DNA from: Lama guanicoe
Taxonomy: Eukaryota
Reading direction: 5' to 3'
DNA length: 64,000 bases
Assembly: GCA_013239625.1 (NCBI GenBank)
Contig: MU057102.1
Coordinates: 3,159,713-3,223,712, forward strand
In this document: piece by piece, positions 1-26,000 of the stretch
Layout: the number at the start of each line of letters is the position of its first letter
Numbering within the stretch: position 1 is the stretch's first letter
Program-made: the position numbers and the translations under genes
The notes under the pieces: generated by a model
Told to the model about the DNA's origin: nothing
What the model saw: only the letters and a program-made list of their open reading frames with translations
The model's database searches: none

Positions 1-540
1 GCCTTGCTCTCTAAGCCACACGGCCGCGCGTCCCCGTCCTGGGCCGAACCCCACCTGCTCCGGGGCTCAGAGAAGCCGGTCCGCGGCGGCCACGTGAGGA
101 GGCAGAGACGGGCGGGTGAGCTGGGGCTGTGGGTGGGGGCGGGTCAGGGTGAGGGCGGGGAGGGCGCCCGCGGCCGGCGCCCCAGCCTGCCCTCCCGGGT
201 CCGTGCCTCTCCGGTCAGCGCCCCTCCCCGCTCTCCGTCCTGCATCCTGGAAGGCAGCCCCTCCGCCCGCGGCCAGGCCCCTCGCGGTCCAGATCGCGCA
301 CCGGGAGCCCCTCCGGGTCCAAGTTCAGAGAAGGGGCGAGCGGGGACTCAGCCCGGCCGGCGCTAGAGGGCGCCCCCGCCCCGCGCTGCTCCCAGCCAGG
401 CCTGGACCCGCCGCCCTGCCTCCCGCGCCCCTCCCTGGCACCTCGCCGGCGCCCTCCAGGCCCAGGCCCTCGCTGGCCTCCTTCCCGTCCCCGCCACGGT
501 CGCCGCGTGGCCCCCGAGCGCTGGACACAAACACTCCGGC
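1..540. promoter_or_regulatory. CpG island downstream of FGFR3, with a CTCF-like motif at 360-373
   Basis: High CpG density; GCGCTAGAGGGCGC. Confidence 0.65.
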
Positions 541-1830
541 AGCCCTGGAGGGGTCTGGGGGCAGAGAGCGCTTCCCTGAGCAGGACCAGGTATTGGGCCG
601 CACTGGTATCCAGGACCAAGACCCTAGCAGCCTCCTCGGCTCTACAGAAAGTAGCTCCAGAAACCCCCTCACCTGTAAGGTGAGTTGAACGCAGCAAGAA
701 GAGGGGCGAGGTCCTTAGAAGCCAGAGTAAAAGTTAACACCGCCCAGAGGCTGATTAGTCTCTCAGGACAGACAGGAGGAGGGACAAAGGAGGGAGGGGC
801 GCCAGGTCGCAAAGCAGGGGCAAGTCTCAGAGGAAAATTCAGCCCTAGGCAACGCTGGGTTCCAGGGAGGACATGTGAAAGTCTGCATGACGGCCTGTCC
901 CTGAATCCACCCTAGTCCCCCCGCATGGCCTGGTCCCTGCTGTCTCCTCCTCCAGGAAGCTGTCCCAGACTCACTCCCCACCACTGCTGCATGGGTACCC
1001 TGCTCTGTCTTCCTTCTCCCTCAGGCGGTGAACTCTGGAGCAGATGGGGCCAGACCCTGTCCCTGTGTCCTTGGTGCCCTAGCTAGCCTGGAACTGGCAT
1101 GCAGAACCTGCCCAAAGTTGCAGGAGAGGAAGAATGCTGGTGGCACTGGTTGGGCCCACAGTGGTCGGGGGGTCAGGCCTGGGATGGGAAGGGGAGCCAA
1201 CCAGGAGCCAGACAGCTGAATCAGGGGGCCAGCTGAGGGCTTTGCTTACACAGGGGGCTTCATGGGGGGGCCCCACTTAGAACCCTCCCCCTCCCCAGCT
1301 GACTGGGTAGGCAGATGCCAGAGGGTGGGGTGATGGGAGATACCTGGACATGAGCCCCAGGGCCCTCAACTTCCATAAGGTGGGGGGGGCGGGGGCAAAC
1401 AGGAGGTTGGAGGCCCAGAGCCTTTCCTCCTTGTACCACCCACCCCTAGTGTCTCACTGCCCCCTTCCACAGACACGTCACATGCATTCCCTGCCTTTGG
1501 GGACCCTAGACCAAGGCAATGAAGACCACCAGGGACCCCAAGGTTCTGCCCTGCCTGCGTGGGGCCCTGTGCAGCTGGACACAGTGGACCACCCTCACCC
1601 TGGCTCTGCCCAGGACTTGTCCTATCTGAGCCAGAGACCTGGGCTGGAAACCCTTGGAGAGGGTGAGACCCAGGCAGCCAGTTCACTCTGGAGACCCTGC
1701 CCCAAACAACTAGTGACCCCTCCCTCCTCCGGGGACACAAGACGGAACCCACCCCAGGTGGGCAGCGAGGACACGGGAGCTGCCGGGGATCCCAAGACAA
1801 GAGACAGAGCACACATCTGAACCAGATGTC

Positions 1831-1836
1831 TTTATT
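1831..1836 (-). terminator. Polyadenylation signal AATAAA of FGFR3
   Basis: Plus strand tttatt; minus context TTTCCAAAAATAAAGACATCTGGTT, followed by GT/T-rich TGTGCTCTGTCTCTTGTCTT. Confidence 0.85.
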
Positions 1837-2028
1837 TTTGGAAAGCACTTCTGCCAGTTTGGGCTGACACCTTTGGCCCCCACAAGGCTGGGGGCCCTGG
1901 GAACACAGACCCTGGCCCGAGCTCGCTGACAAGCAGAGGACAGCGCCCAAACGCAGGGCCATTAACGGCACCCAGAGTAACAAGACTGAATCTGTGGCTT
2001 TCTCTCCCCAGCTTTGAAAAGTAGCAGT

Positions 2029-2160
2029 NNNNNNNNNNNNNNNNNNNNNNNNNNNNNNNNNNNNNNNNNNNNNNNNNNNNNNNNNNNNNNNNNNNNNNNN
2101 NNNNNNNNNNNNNNNNNNNNNNNNNNNNNNNNNNNNNNNNNNNNNNNNNNNNNNNNNNNN
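2029..2160. other. Assembly gap (132 N) in the 3'UTR
   Basis: N run. Confidence 0.99.
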
Positions 2161-2750
2161 TGCAGGGCTGGCCCCCACTGGAAACTGCCTCCCCGCCTGG
2201 AACACGTGGCAATTAGAGGAACTTGTATGAAAATACCAGCTTGCTTTGAAGTCCCCCCCAAAAAATCTAAAGAAAAATCCTATAGAAATCTAACTCTCCT
2301 GCAAAAGAAGGCCAAGGGAAACAAAGCATCCTCGCTGGAACCATCTCAAGCTCTTCGCGGCCCCTGGGGGAGCGCGGGGCTGGCTCACACCCTGGGGCGT
2401 GGGCTGCACGCACCCTCAGCAAACCCTCAACGAGGCACAAACCTTCCCTCTGTTAGTAAGGTAAGCCTGAAAGCTCTGCCATGCGGCTGGCTACACACCA
2501 GGAGTGATGGGAGGGACAGGGGCACGGGCTCTGGGGTCGATAAAGAGCTTTACAAACATACAGATCCAGGTACAATTTTTAAAACAAAACTGCGATGCCA
2601 GAAAAGCCCCTCCAGCCTTTGCCGGTTTTTGCATTTGTCGGAACAGCAAGTTCCCCAGGGCCTCCCCCAGCTAGAGACCCCCGCCCCCTGCACCCTCAGG
2701 TCCTGTGCGCACCTCAGGTGTCCCAGCCTGCCTTCTTCCACGTAGATATT

Positions 2751-2775
2751 TATATATATATATATATATATATAT
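2751..2775. repeat. (TA)n microsatellite in the 3'UTR
   Basis: About 12 TA units. Confidence 0.95.
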
Positions 2776-2873
2776 GTAGGTGTAGATCATATACACAGCA
2801 TCTATTTATAGAAATGTACACTTGTGTCTGGAATAACCCTTTCAGATAGAAGTTCAAGGCTCCTGCCTTCAGG

Positions 2874-2881
2874 TACCCGTA
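2874..2881 (-). promoter_or_regulatory. miR-99/100 family 8mer target site (UACGGGUA)
   Basis: Exact complement of seed ACCCGUA plus the position-1 A, within AAATTACGGGTACCTGAAG. FGFR3 is an established miR-99/100 target. Confidence 0.85.
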
Positions 2882-3411
2882 ATTTCAGTCTCTGAGGAGC
2901 AGGTGGGAAGTGGGGAGGCCTGGAAGTGGGGGGGCTGCTAACACCCCAGGCGCAAGGTGCCCCTTAGGTGGGAGGCGTGCCACGTGGGGGCTTCCCTACA
3001 GGCTCAGCTTGGGCACTTGGAGGGGCCGCAGCCCACTCTGGACACAGGAGCCTGGCCCGCCCCAAAGCTCCCTGTGGGGTGGCAGTGGGGGGAGGGGCGG
3101 GCCAGGAGCCTGGGGAGGGGCCCAGCTCCCCACCCTGAAGGGCTCCACAGGCGGGGCCCCTTACATTCCAAATTCGGTCCCTTGGTGCTGCCAGCACAGG
3201 TGGCCAGGTCACTGTACAGCAGAGCAGGAACCCTGGGGACCCCTGCACACACACGCGCACACACACAAAGCTGTCTGTCCATCTGTCCACCTAGACCAGG
3301 TCTCAGGCCTGGGCCGGTGGGACCCAGCGGTCTCGGCACACGAGCAGCAGCACGGTGGGCTGGGGTCCATTCTCACATTGATGGAGGCTCGGCCCGCAGG
3401 CCGACAGCCCT

Positions 3412-17586
<14,175 letters not shown>

Positions 17587-18066
17587 CACGGGGGCGGGTG
17601 TTACGGCGTCTTCAGGCGGCGCGCGCCGGCATGCTGTCCCCCATGGCCCGGCTCTGGCACCGGCAGGAGGAGGCGCCGCTAGAGTCTGCTGGAGGAGGCG
17701 GGCAACTTGTTACTCCAGCGGGCCGGGGAGTGCAGGAGCGGAGACGGCAGTGGCCCGGCTCCTGCGCCCCGGCTCCTCGGATCCCCGGCCGCCCCGCCCT
17801 CCGCCGCCGCCGCCCAGGGCTCCCGGGCCGCCTGGCGCCGGCCACCGCCTCCCCGCCGCGGTCCCTCCCTCCCCCTTCTCTCCCTGGCTGCTGCAGAGCC
17901 CTCCCAGGGCGGCGGCGGCGGCGGCGGCAAACTTTCCAGAGCGGGAAGCACGCGCCCCGGCCGGCCCTGCCGCAGAGACCGCTCGGGACCCGAGCTCGCC
18001 GCGCGCTCTGGACCCGCCGCGCGCCTGCCTCGAACCCTCGCGCCCGCCGGGTCCCGTCGCACCGAC

Positions 18067-18223
18067 CTGGCGGCCGCCGGCGCCAGACTCGCTGAGCGCA
18101 GCTCTTGCTCGCGCTCGGGGCCCTCCAGTCCAGAGCCTGCGCCCGGTCCCTCCGGCCGTCGGCTCTGCGGTGCGTCCGTGCGCCCGGCCGAGCAGGACCG
18201 CTCGGCACCAGCTGCCCGCGCCG
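18067..18223 (-). other. FGFR3: FGFR3 non-coding exon 1 (5' end approximate)
   Basis: The minus strand reads GCGGGCAGCTGGTGCCGAGCGGTCCTGCTC...GCACGGACGCACCG...GCCGCCAG|GTCGGT, which resembles the recalled mammalian FGFR3 exon 1. Donor GT at 18066-18065; lies inside the CpG island. Confidence 0.75.
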
Positions 18224-20064
18224 CAGCCCGCCTCCGCTCGCTCGGGCGCGGGGACACGCCCCTCCCCTGGGGCGGTCCGGAGGCGGGGCGGCGGCCCGCC
18301 TGGCCCCTGCCCCCGGAGGGGATTAGAGGGGGCGGGGGCGCCTGGCGGTCTCGGAGGGCGTGGGATCGCACCCCTGGACCTGGCGCGGAGGGCGGCTCCG
18401 CGTGGGGCGGGCGCACAGAGAGGCCGAGCGTAAGTCTCTATTTACACAGCGCACGGTCCCTGTTACCACCCGGCTGCCAACCGGGGGCTCAGGCCGGGGA
18501 AGGCGGGGGCATACAGAGGGGCGGTCTCAGTGAGCGAAGCCTGTCAGAGGGGCTTCGCCGGGAAGGAGCTGCGCAGGCTGAGCCCTGAGGTGTGAGCAGC
18601 ACAAAAAGCCTGAGAGCGAAGGACAGCCCGGCCGGCTCGCCTGGGGTTGAAAACAAGGGGACTGCACCGCAGAATCTATGGGCTCACCGCCGCATTTATT
18701 AAGCGCCTGTGGCACACGTGTAGCTAAGCGACCTGTGTTCCCTGCCAGAGGGGCTCACTTACCCCCACTGCCCTAGGACGAAATAAGTTTGGAGATTGGG
18801 TGCTTGCTAGACATGGGAATGGAGAGAAGGGGCTAGGGGGTCCTGGTAGGGGGTGCCAGCCCTAGGGCTCTAAGGAAGGCCCATGGGGAGCTGGCCAGAG
18901 GGTGCCAGGTCCTGGGCCACTGCAGGGTGGGGAGACCCAATGTGACTATGGCTTCTGTGTCCACCTTCACATGGAGGACAGTGCCTCTGTCACTTTCAGG
19001 CAAGCCGGGGGGGGGGTGCTGGCGGCCTGCAGGAGCTGGACAGGGGAGAAGCTGACCCTGGCTCTGGGCTGGCCCAGCCAAGTGCCTCTGGCCCACCTGG
19101 CTTGAGGCTTCTGGGACTCGGTTTGCTCATCAGTGAAGTCGACAATGAAAGCCCCTCCCTGACCCACTGCTTATTCCCTGCCCAAGCTTCAGGTGCAGCC
19201 TGGAGACACCCCAGCCTCTGAGGCTAGACCTCAGGACCCTGGCCGTGCCCACTCCTCTGTGCCCACTTGATGGGTCAGCACCTCTGCTGTATGCTGCCCT
19301 CGTTGCCTGCTCTGGTCAGGCCGAGGTCCCCTAGACTGACCAGGGGTCCACTGAACCCTAAGAGGGCTGACCACATCCCCCCCAGTGCACAGCCTCAGGC
19401 CACCCCCAGTAGGTCCTCTAGAGGGGTACCATCCCAGGGCTCTTAAGAAGTTTCTTAACAGTTAACTAATCAGTGACTTGATAGGCCACGATGGGTGTGG
19501 GCTGCTGGCCCCCTTGGTCCCCTTCCTCAGGGTAGCTGAGGGGTTGGGGACTGGATGGGCTCTGACCTCCAGATTCGTTTGTGGAAGGAGCTGGCAGGCA
19601 GGGCAGGAGTCATCCCTGGGTGGGCAGGGAGGAGAGACTGGCTTTTGGCACCTGAAGGATGGCCTCTCCCAGGACACTTTTGAGGTCCAGGAAGGGCTCT
19701 GCATGTCCCTCTGGTCCTCTCCCGGGACAGTGCCCACAGCCCCTCCTGGACCCCTGAGAAGGGTGTTCTGCTTCCTCCATCAGTCTTCGTGCGGGTTGCT
19801 TTCTGCTTTGTGTCCCATTGGGACTATCTCCTGGGCAGAAGTGCCCATGGTGGGGTCACGGGCTGCTGCCGGATTTTGTCTGTGTGGTTCCTACCCCCGT
19901 CTCTTCTCTCACCTGTCCCCACGAGTCCCACCCCGACATGGCATCGCAGCTTCTGTGTGGGTCTGGCTGGAGGGCAGGCGCCCTGCTCCTCCCCCACAGG
20001 GTGGGTGCCGAGCCCCTCTTCCCCCAGCAACAGGCCCGGGCTGCCCCCTGGGCACTTTGTGCCC

Positions 20065-20493
20065 TGTGTGCCTTCCCAGGGCTGCTATCGCACATTTCCA
20101 CAAACTGGCTGGCGGAAACGTGGTCTCTCCCCTCCCCAGCGGCCTGAAGCCAAGGCGTCGTCAGGGCCATGCCTCCCCGCCCCTCTCCCCCTGCCAGGCT
20201 CTAGAGGGGGCTTCTTCCGGCCTCTTCCTGCTTCTGGTGCGTCCGGGACCCCCCCAGCTAGTGCCTGCATCGCCCTAGTTTCTGCCTCCACAGTCCTGTG
20301 GCCTTCTTTCTGTCTCTTCCTGGGACACTCGTCGCTGGATGTAGGGTCAACTCGAGATTGTCTCTCTACCTCAAGAGTTCAACTGAAGGACACCTGCAAA
20401 GCCTCTTTGCCCCAGTAAGGTCACATCTCCAGGTTGCTATCCCCAGACAAGACTTGGACCTATCTTTGGAGACCCTCATGCTGCCCCCATACA
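20065..20493 (-). mobile_element. MaLR solo LTR (MLT1C/D-like)
   Basis: ccagggctgct...ccacaaactggctggc...cagggccatgc...gcttctggtg...ctgcaaag...taaggtcacat...ggacctatctttgg. Confidence 0.75.
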
Positions 20494-22725
20494 CCCTTGG
20501 TGGCTGGTTTCTTTGGTGCCACCAGAGTTTGTCATGGCCCCTTAGTGCGGCCAGTGGTACTGTCTGGTGGCATTTAGGTCAAAGATCTGGAGCATTTTCA
20601 TGGCTCCTGGTGGCTGACTGCTAAATTGTTTCCAGAGGGTCCGAGCACTGCCCATTTGCAGCGCTGGAGGAGTTGGGCCTGCTCTCAACACCAGGGGAGG
20701 GTTTTATTATTCTTGACAAAATAATTTTATCGTCCTCAATTATTGTTTCCAATCAGTGTGTTCGGCTGGAGCAAGTGGATTCCCGGGGCCATCCCCAGAC
20801 AGCAGCAAGCCTGCTGTGACCAGCGCCGTCCACGTGCTTCCCAGGGCTGGGCTATGCGGCCTGTAAATGGGCCCTATCGCGTCCTCGCCCTCTGGACAAA
20901 GCATTTCACCCAAGACCCTCTGCAGAATTGCCTGCCTCAGTCCCCCTGGTGCCCTGGTGAGATTCAGGCACTCCTCAGGCCCATCGGACAGGTGGCCAAG
21001 GTGTAGGGGGCCAGGGGGACTGTGTGGAGAGGCTGCTGAGAGGGTCAGGGTGCTGGTGCTGGGGTCCCGGGGCAGCCAGCCTGCCTGCAGGGGCCTCCGT
21101 GTTGCTAGACACCCCTCCGATGTTGACACCACCCTGCCCACTCCCCCCGAATGCCCACCCATCTCCACAGGACCACATCGCAGGCCTGAGTGCAGGTGGG
21201 TGTGGGCGGCTGAGGGTGAGGCAGAGGGGGGGGGCGCTGACGGCAGCTGGCCCCGCCCAGCTTTCTCGGTGACTCAGGGTTGGGCGGCCGGCTTGCCGGG
21301 GCTTGTGCGGCAAGCAGGCTGTAGAGTGCCCTGGGTGCAGGGATGGCAGCAGGCTGTCAGCAGCAGGCCCTGTGTCCACCCCTCCTGCCTCCCTGCCAGG
21401 CCTGGGCTGATGCTGGGGCACCACACTGAGGTACGCTCAGCAGTAGGGATGTTCCTGGTGTGGACTGGAATCCACACCCGGCCTGCCATTCTCGCCACTC
21501 CCGGCAGGCCTCAGCCGCCATGGTCCCCAGTAGGTGCCCACCAAGGCCAGAGCCAGGCCTGGAGCCCAGGGCAGGTGGTGCCCCAGCCAGAGCCCCCGAA
21601 TCAGCCCCCTCCTCCTCTGGGAGTGCCTCACCTGGAGAGGGGCTGCTGGTGGGAGCACCCCTCTGCCCTGACACAAGGCAAAGTGCAGGGATGTGGGAGA
21701 CCAAGGCCCCAGGTCTCTGGTGCCCAGGCCATCTCCTCCAGGAGGCTCTTGGGACTCCCAGTGGGGGCTGTTTGGTCTCCTCCTGGGAGCTCCCCATCTG
21801 CCAGCACACATTCCAGCTTCTCTGGAAACCATTGCTGCCCCCTCCCACTGTCAGGGCACAGGGTTTGGTCCCAGAGACCAGAGAAGGTCACCAAAGGGTG
21901 AAGGAGGAGGGGATCCTCAATAGCCCCTCTGGGCTGGGCTAAGCTAGGGACCCCCTCCCCCCAAAAGAAGACCCAGCAGATTTGAGAGAGGCCATGGCTG
22001 TTGTGGATTGTGGGTAATTTCTGCCTTTTAAATTCATTCTCAGAAAACCTGAGGATAAAAAATAAAAAAAATAATTGATTTGCTCATTATAACAGAAATG
22101 GAATTTTAAAGAACATAGAGAAGAGAAAATAGTCCAACATTCGGTGGCCAACAATAACTGCTGTACAAGAGCCTTAATTTTAGCTTTGAGCTTCCTGGCA
22201 GGCTGAGCAAAAAGGGCAACACCATGAATCATATGCTGTTGGGAGGCTGTCTTCTCAGATGTGCTGTGACAGCCCTAGTCCAAAGATTCTGGCCTTTTCG
22301 TCCCTTGGTTCACTTAGACCGCTAAACCTCAGATCCTGACTTTAGGTTTGGAAAATGTGGTTGCTCCCAGATGAGCAAAAAAAGGAGACCAGTGCTGTCT
22401 GTAGACAGGAGAGAGGGGTAGAGGGCGGGGGGATGAAAGCTCAGGCTTCTCCTGGGCTCCATCCCAGGTTGGGGGGAGGGGCCCCAGCTCCCTGCCTGGA
22501 GCCTGGCACAGAGGGCTGCCCCAAAGTGCAGAAGAGCAGGAGGTGCTGGTGTGGGGGAAGTCTGGCTGGGGAGGGCCAGCCAGGGTGTGGGGAAGGCCCC
22601 CAAGGGCCCAAGGAGGTGGGCCTGGGAATGAGGGCCCTGGAGAGGCAGCCAGCTCTGGCCAGGGAGGGGTGAAGGCCCCTGTAGCTTCCGGGGCTGACGG
22701 GGGCCAGGCCAGTGGCCACTGAGCA

Positions 22726-23033
22726 NNNNNNNNNNNNNNNNNNNNNNNNNNNNNNNNNNNNNNNNNNNNNNNNNNNNNNNNNNNNNNNNNNNNNNNNNNN
22801 NNNNNNNNNNNNNNNNNNNNNNNNNNNNNNNNNNNNNNNNNNNNNNNNNNNNNNNNNNNNNNNNNNNNNNNNNNNNNNNNNATTTTTTCCAGGACTCTTT
22901 TNNNNNNNNNNNNNNNNNNNNNNNNNNNNNNNNNNNNNNNNNNNNNNNNNNNNNNNNNNNNNNNNNNNNNNNNNNNNNNNNNNNNNNNNNNNNNNNNNNN
23001 NNNNNNNNNNNNNNNNNNNNNNNNNNNNNNNNN
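22726..23033. other. Two assembly gaps (22726-22881, 22902-23033) around a 20-nt island
   Basis: N runs. Confidence 0.99.
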
Positions 23034-26000
23034 AGGCTCCGGATGAATTAGGAACCTGGGTCTGGGCCGCTGGGCCAGCCCCACGCCACGCCCTCCTCCC
23101 TCCCGCCAGGCAGCCCTCACCCGCCTTGGAATGCCCTTTCTTCTGGGTCCTGCTGGCCCTTCTGGGTGGGTGTCACCTGCTCCAGGAATCCCTGCGAGCT
23201 CTGCCCTGAGCCTCTCAGCCAAAGGCCCTCCCGGGGGCCTTGATCCCCTGCCCTTTGCCCCCACTGGTCCCTGTACAGGTCACCCATGGACACACCTCAG
23301 CCATGCTTCTGGCCAGAGCCTGCACGTCCAGCGTGGCCAGCTGGGCCCAGTGGGCAGAGGGGCCCTCATCTGCTGGCTGGAGGCTGTAGACACTGCCCGA
23401 CCTGGGCTGGGGCCAGGGCGGCCCCGCAGACTCAGACTGGGGCAACCCACAGCCTGTGGGACTGGGAACAGAAGGACCGAATTTGTGGGTGACAGTGGCT
23501 CTGACAGAGAACCTTCAGGGGCCAGATGCTCACACCAGCCCCATCATCAGCCCTGCTTGATAGATGGGGACACCGAGGCACGGAGCCTCAAGGGGCATGG
23601 CCTGCCCAGGTACATGATGACCAGGTGCAGCTGCCTGGCCCCAGGGAGGTTTCCGCTGAGTTTGGAATGGGTGAGGTGTTCTCTGCAGTATTTAGGGAGC
23701 CCAGAGTGCAGACTAGACCCTCTGGCCTCAGGCAGGCGCCCAGGAGCCGGAGGGAGGGCCAGCCCTGCCCCCACCAGGGCCCAGCCGCCAGATGCTGGCT
23801 CAGGTTGCACAGAGCTGCATGGAGGAGGCAGCTATTTGCCGAGTAAATTTACAGACACTGGGCAGAGATCGCGGATTCACCAAGCAACCCCTGTCAGGAG
23901 CCCCCTTCTTTGTGTGCACCCCCAGCCAGGTCCATCAAGAGGCACATTCCACCCCCACCGCGGTCCAGGCCTGCTGCTGCCCAGGGGAATGCAGCCTGGG
24001 GGGACATTCCAGGCAGCCCTGAGGGCCGGCTCAACCCTGGGGCCCAGCTGACACCACTGACAGTGGGCTAGCAGCACTTGGCCTGGGGGTGGGCTCGGGG
24101 TGGAAGGCTAAGGCCAGCTCTCTGAGGTAGAAGCCGGGATAAAGCCCAGGACCACTGCGACCCAGTTACATGATCTCGGGCAGCTGGCCGTTCCCAGGGC
24201 CTTGGCCTCCTGTGTGTACAGGGACTCCACCAGCACTTGCTCAGAGGGCGGCTGGAGGAAGGAGGCCTGTTGGGAAAGTGCTCAGAGTGGGCACTGGGTG
24301 GGAGGTGAGCCCATGGAGGTCCTAGCTTCCCAGGAAGGGGGACTGGGCTCTGGGGATTCCAGGAGAGAAGGCCTTGGCTGGGCTCTGCTGATCCAAAAGC
24401 CCCATGGCACCCCCTCTCCTGCCCCCTCCACCCCACAGGAAGGAGAGATGGGGAGTGGTCAGCTGTTGGGCCTTTAAGGAGAGGGACTGTGTTTCCTGTG
24501 GGGTCTTGCCAGCCCCTGACTCAGGGAGGGTGGGCAGAGTGATCGCTTGAGACCTTGCTCCTGCTGGAAGCCTGCTCCAGCCCCACCCTTCCAGGAATTT
24601 CGGGGCGGGGGCTCCACTGGGCGCCCCCCGAGGCCCTGAGCATCCTCAAACCCCGATCCCTGGAAGCCCGCGGCACGCTGCCCCAGAGCCCCAGCCAGCC
24701 TGTGCACACGCTGGCGCCGGGACAGGCGGGTCTGTTTCAGCCACGGAGCTGCCCAGAGCGCTCCGCGTGGCACCACTTCACAGATGGGGAGACGAAGGCG
24801 CAGCGGTGTGAAGCACCTCAAGGGCTCTAGCCCTCAGGGCCTGGGGCTGGGTGGTCCCTCAGGACACTCCCACCCAGAGGGAGATGGGGGCTGTGGGTGC
24901 TTTTGAAGGTCTTTCAGGACCCTGGGAGCAGGCGACCTGACACCTAGTCACCACCCAGCTCCCAGCCTCAGTTTGCTCCTCTGCCTAATGGGCCTGCCCT
25001 CCTGGGGGCTGAGCCCAGGGGCCGGTGGGAGGCCCTGGTGGACAGTGAGTCCCCGCCAGCCATGAGCCTGAGGGCCTCCCCTGCCCCTGCTGGCCCCTTC
25101 TGCCAGCTCTTGGAGACCTTGCGCTCAGGCCAGATCTGCAGCCCTCTAATAGAGATGTCTCTGAGGGGCTTCCTGAAGCCACCTTCCCCTGCCATGCCTG
25201 CCTGCCTTCCCCAGGGCCCAAGGCCTCTGACAGCTCTATTGTCTGGCTGGCCTGCCCTGCGGGGGCTGAGGGCATAGTTGGGGGAGCCTCCCTCAGATGG
25301 GAAGCTGACCACCACCCATGCAGAGAGTGGCTCTCCTGGTGTCCGCACTTGTGCCCACACTGGTCTCTAGCCCTGTCAGACAGGGCCACCCAACAGGCCA
25401 CAGCCAGGGAGGAGCCTCACAGGGACCCCCAGGCTCAGGGTGAAGATGAGTGGGAGCTGGGCAGGGAGGCGGGGCTGGGTGCAGCAAGGCTGGGGCTGGG
25501 GGTGGCCTGGTGGGCCTGGGGAGGACCAGGAATCTCGGGGTGGGGAGACACACCAGGCTCTCCTTCCAGCTGCCAAGCCCACTCCGTGTGGTCCCTGCTG
25601 GGTCTTGGCTTCAGCCAACCCTGCCCCAGCTTCCAGCCAAGCCTGCCCTGAGGAACTTCTGGGCCAGGGTCTGCCCAGGGCTGGAGTGGGTGGGGGTGGG
25701 GTGTGTTCCCAGGCCCAGGTTGTCTCAGGATGAGTCCGCATTACCTCAGTGTGGATCAAAGGGGCTTTTCAGGCCAGGGCTCCCCTCCTGCACCACCCTT
25801 CTGTCCCCCCCCCCGCCCTCCTGCCACCTTCCCGCCCGTCTGGATCCTCCCTACCCCGCCCCTCCTCTGGGACATCTTCTGCCTTCTAAGCCCCCGTGGC
25901 TCTGTGGCTTAGCCCCAGACCCATGACCCCCAGGACCCTGATCTCCAGGAGGCGGTGGCCAGGTCAGTAGTGCAGGGCCCCAGGGCTTGGTCTTCGGGCC

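Larger units (their letters stand above)
1812..3411 (-). other. FGFR3: FGFR3 3' UTR (end approximate)
   Basis: Follows the stop codon and contains AT-rich blocks resembling the recalled human FGFR3 3'UTR. Ends after AATAAA. Confidence 0.8.

Noticed and set aside
1-1800. LETM1, the usual downstream neighbour
   Set aside because: No recognisable LETM1 coding sequence. Any 3' end is outside the window or unidentifiable.
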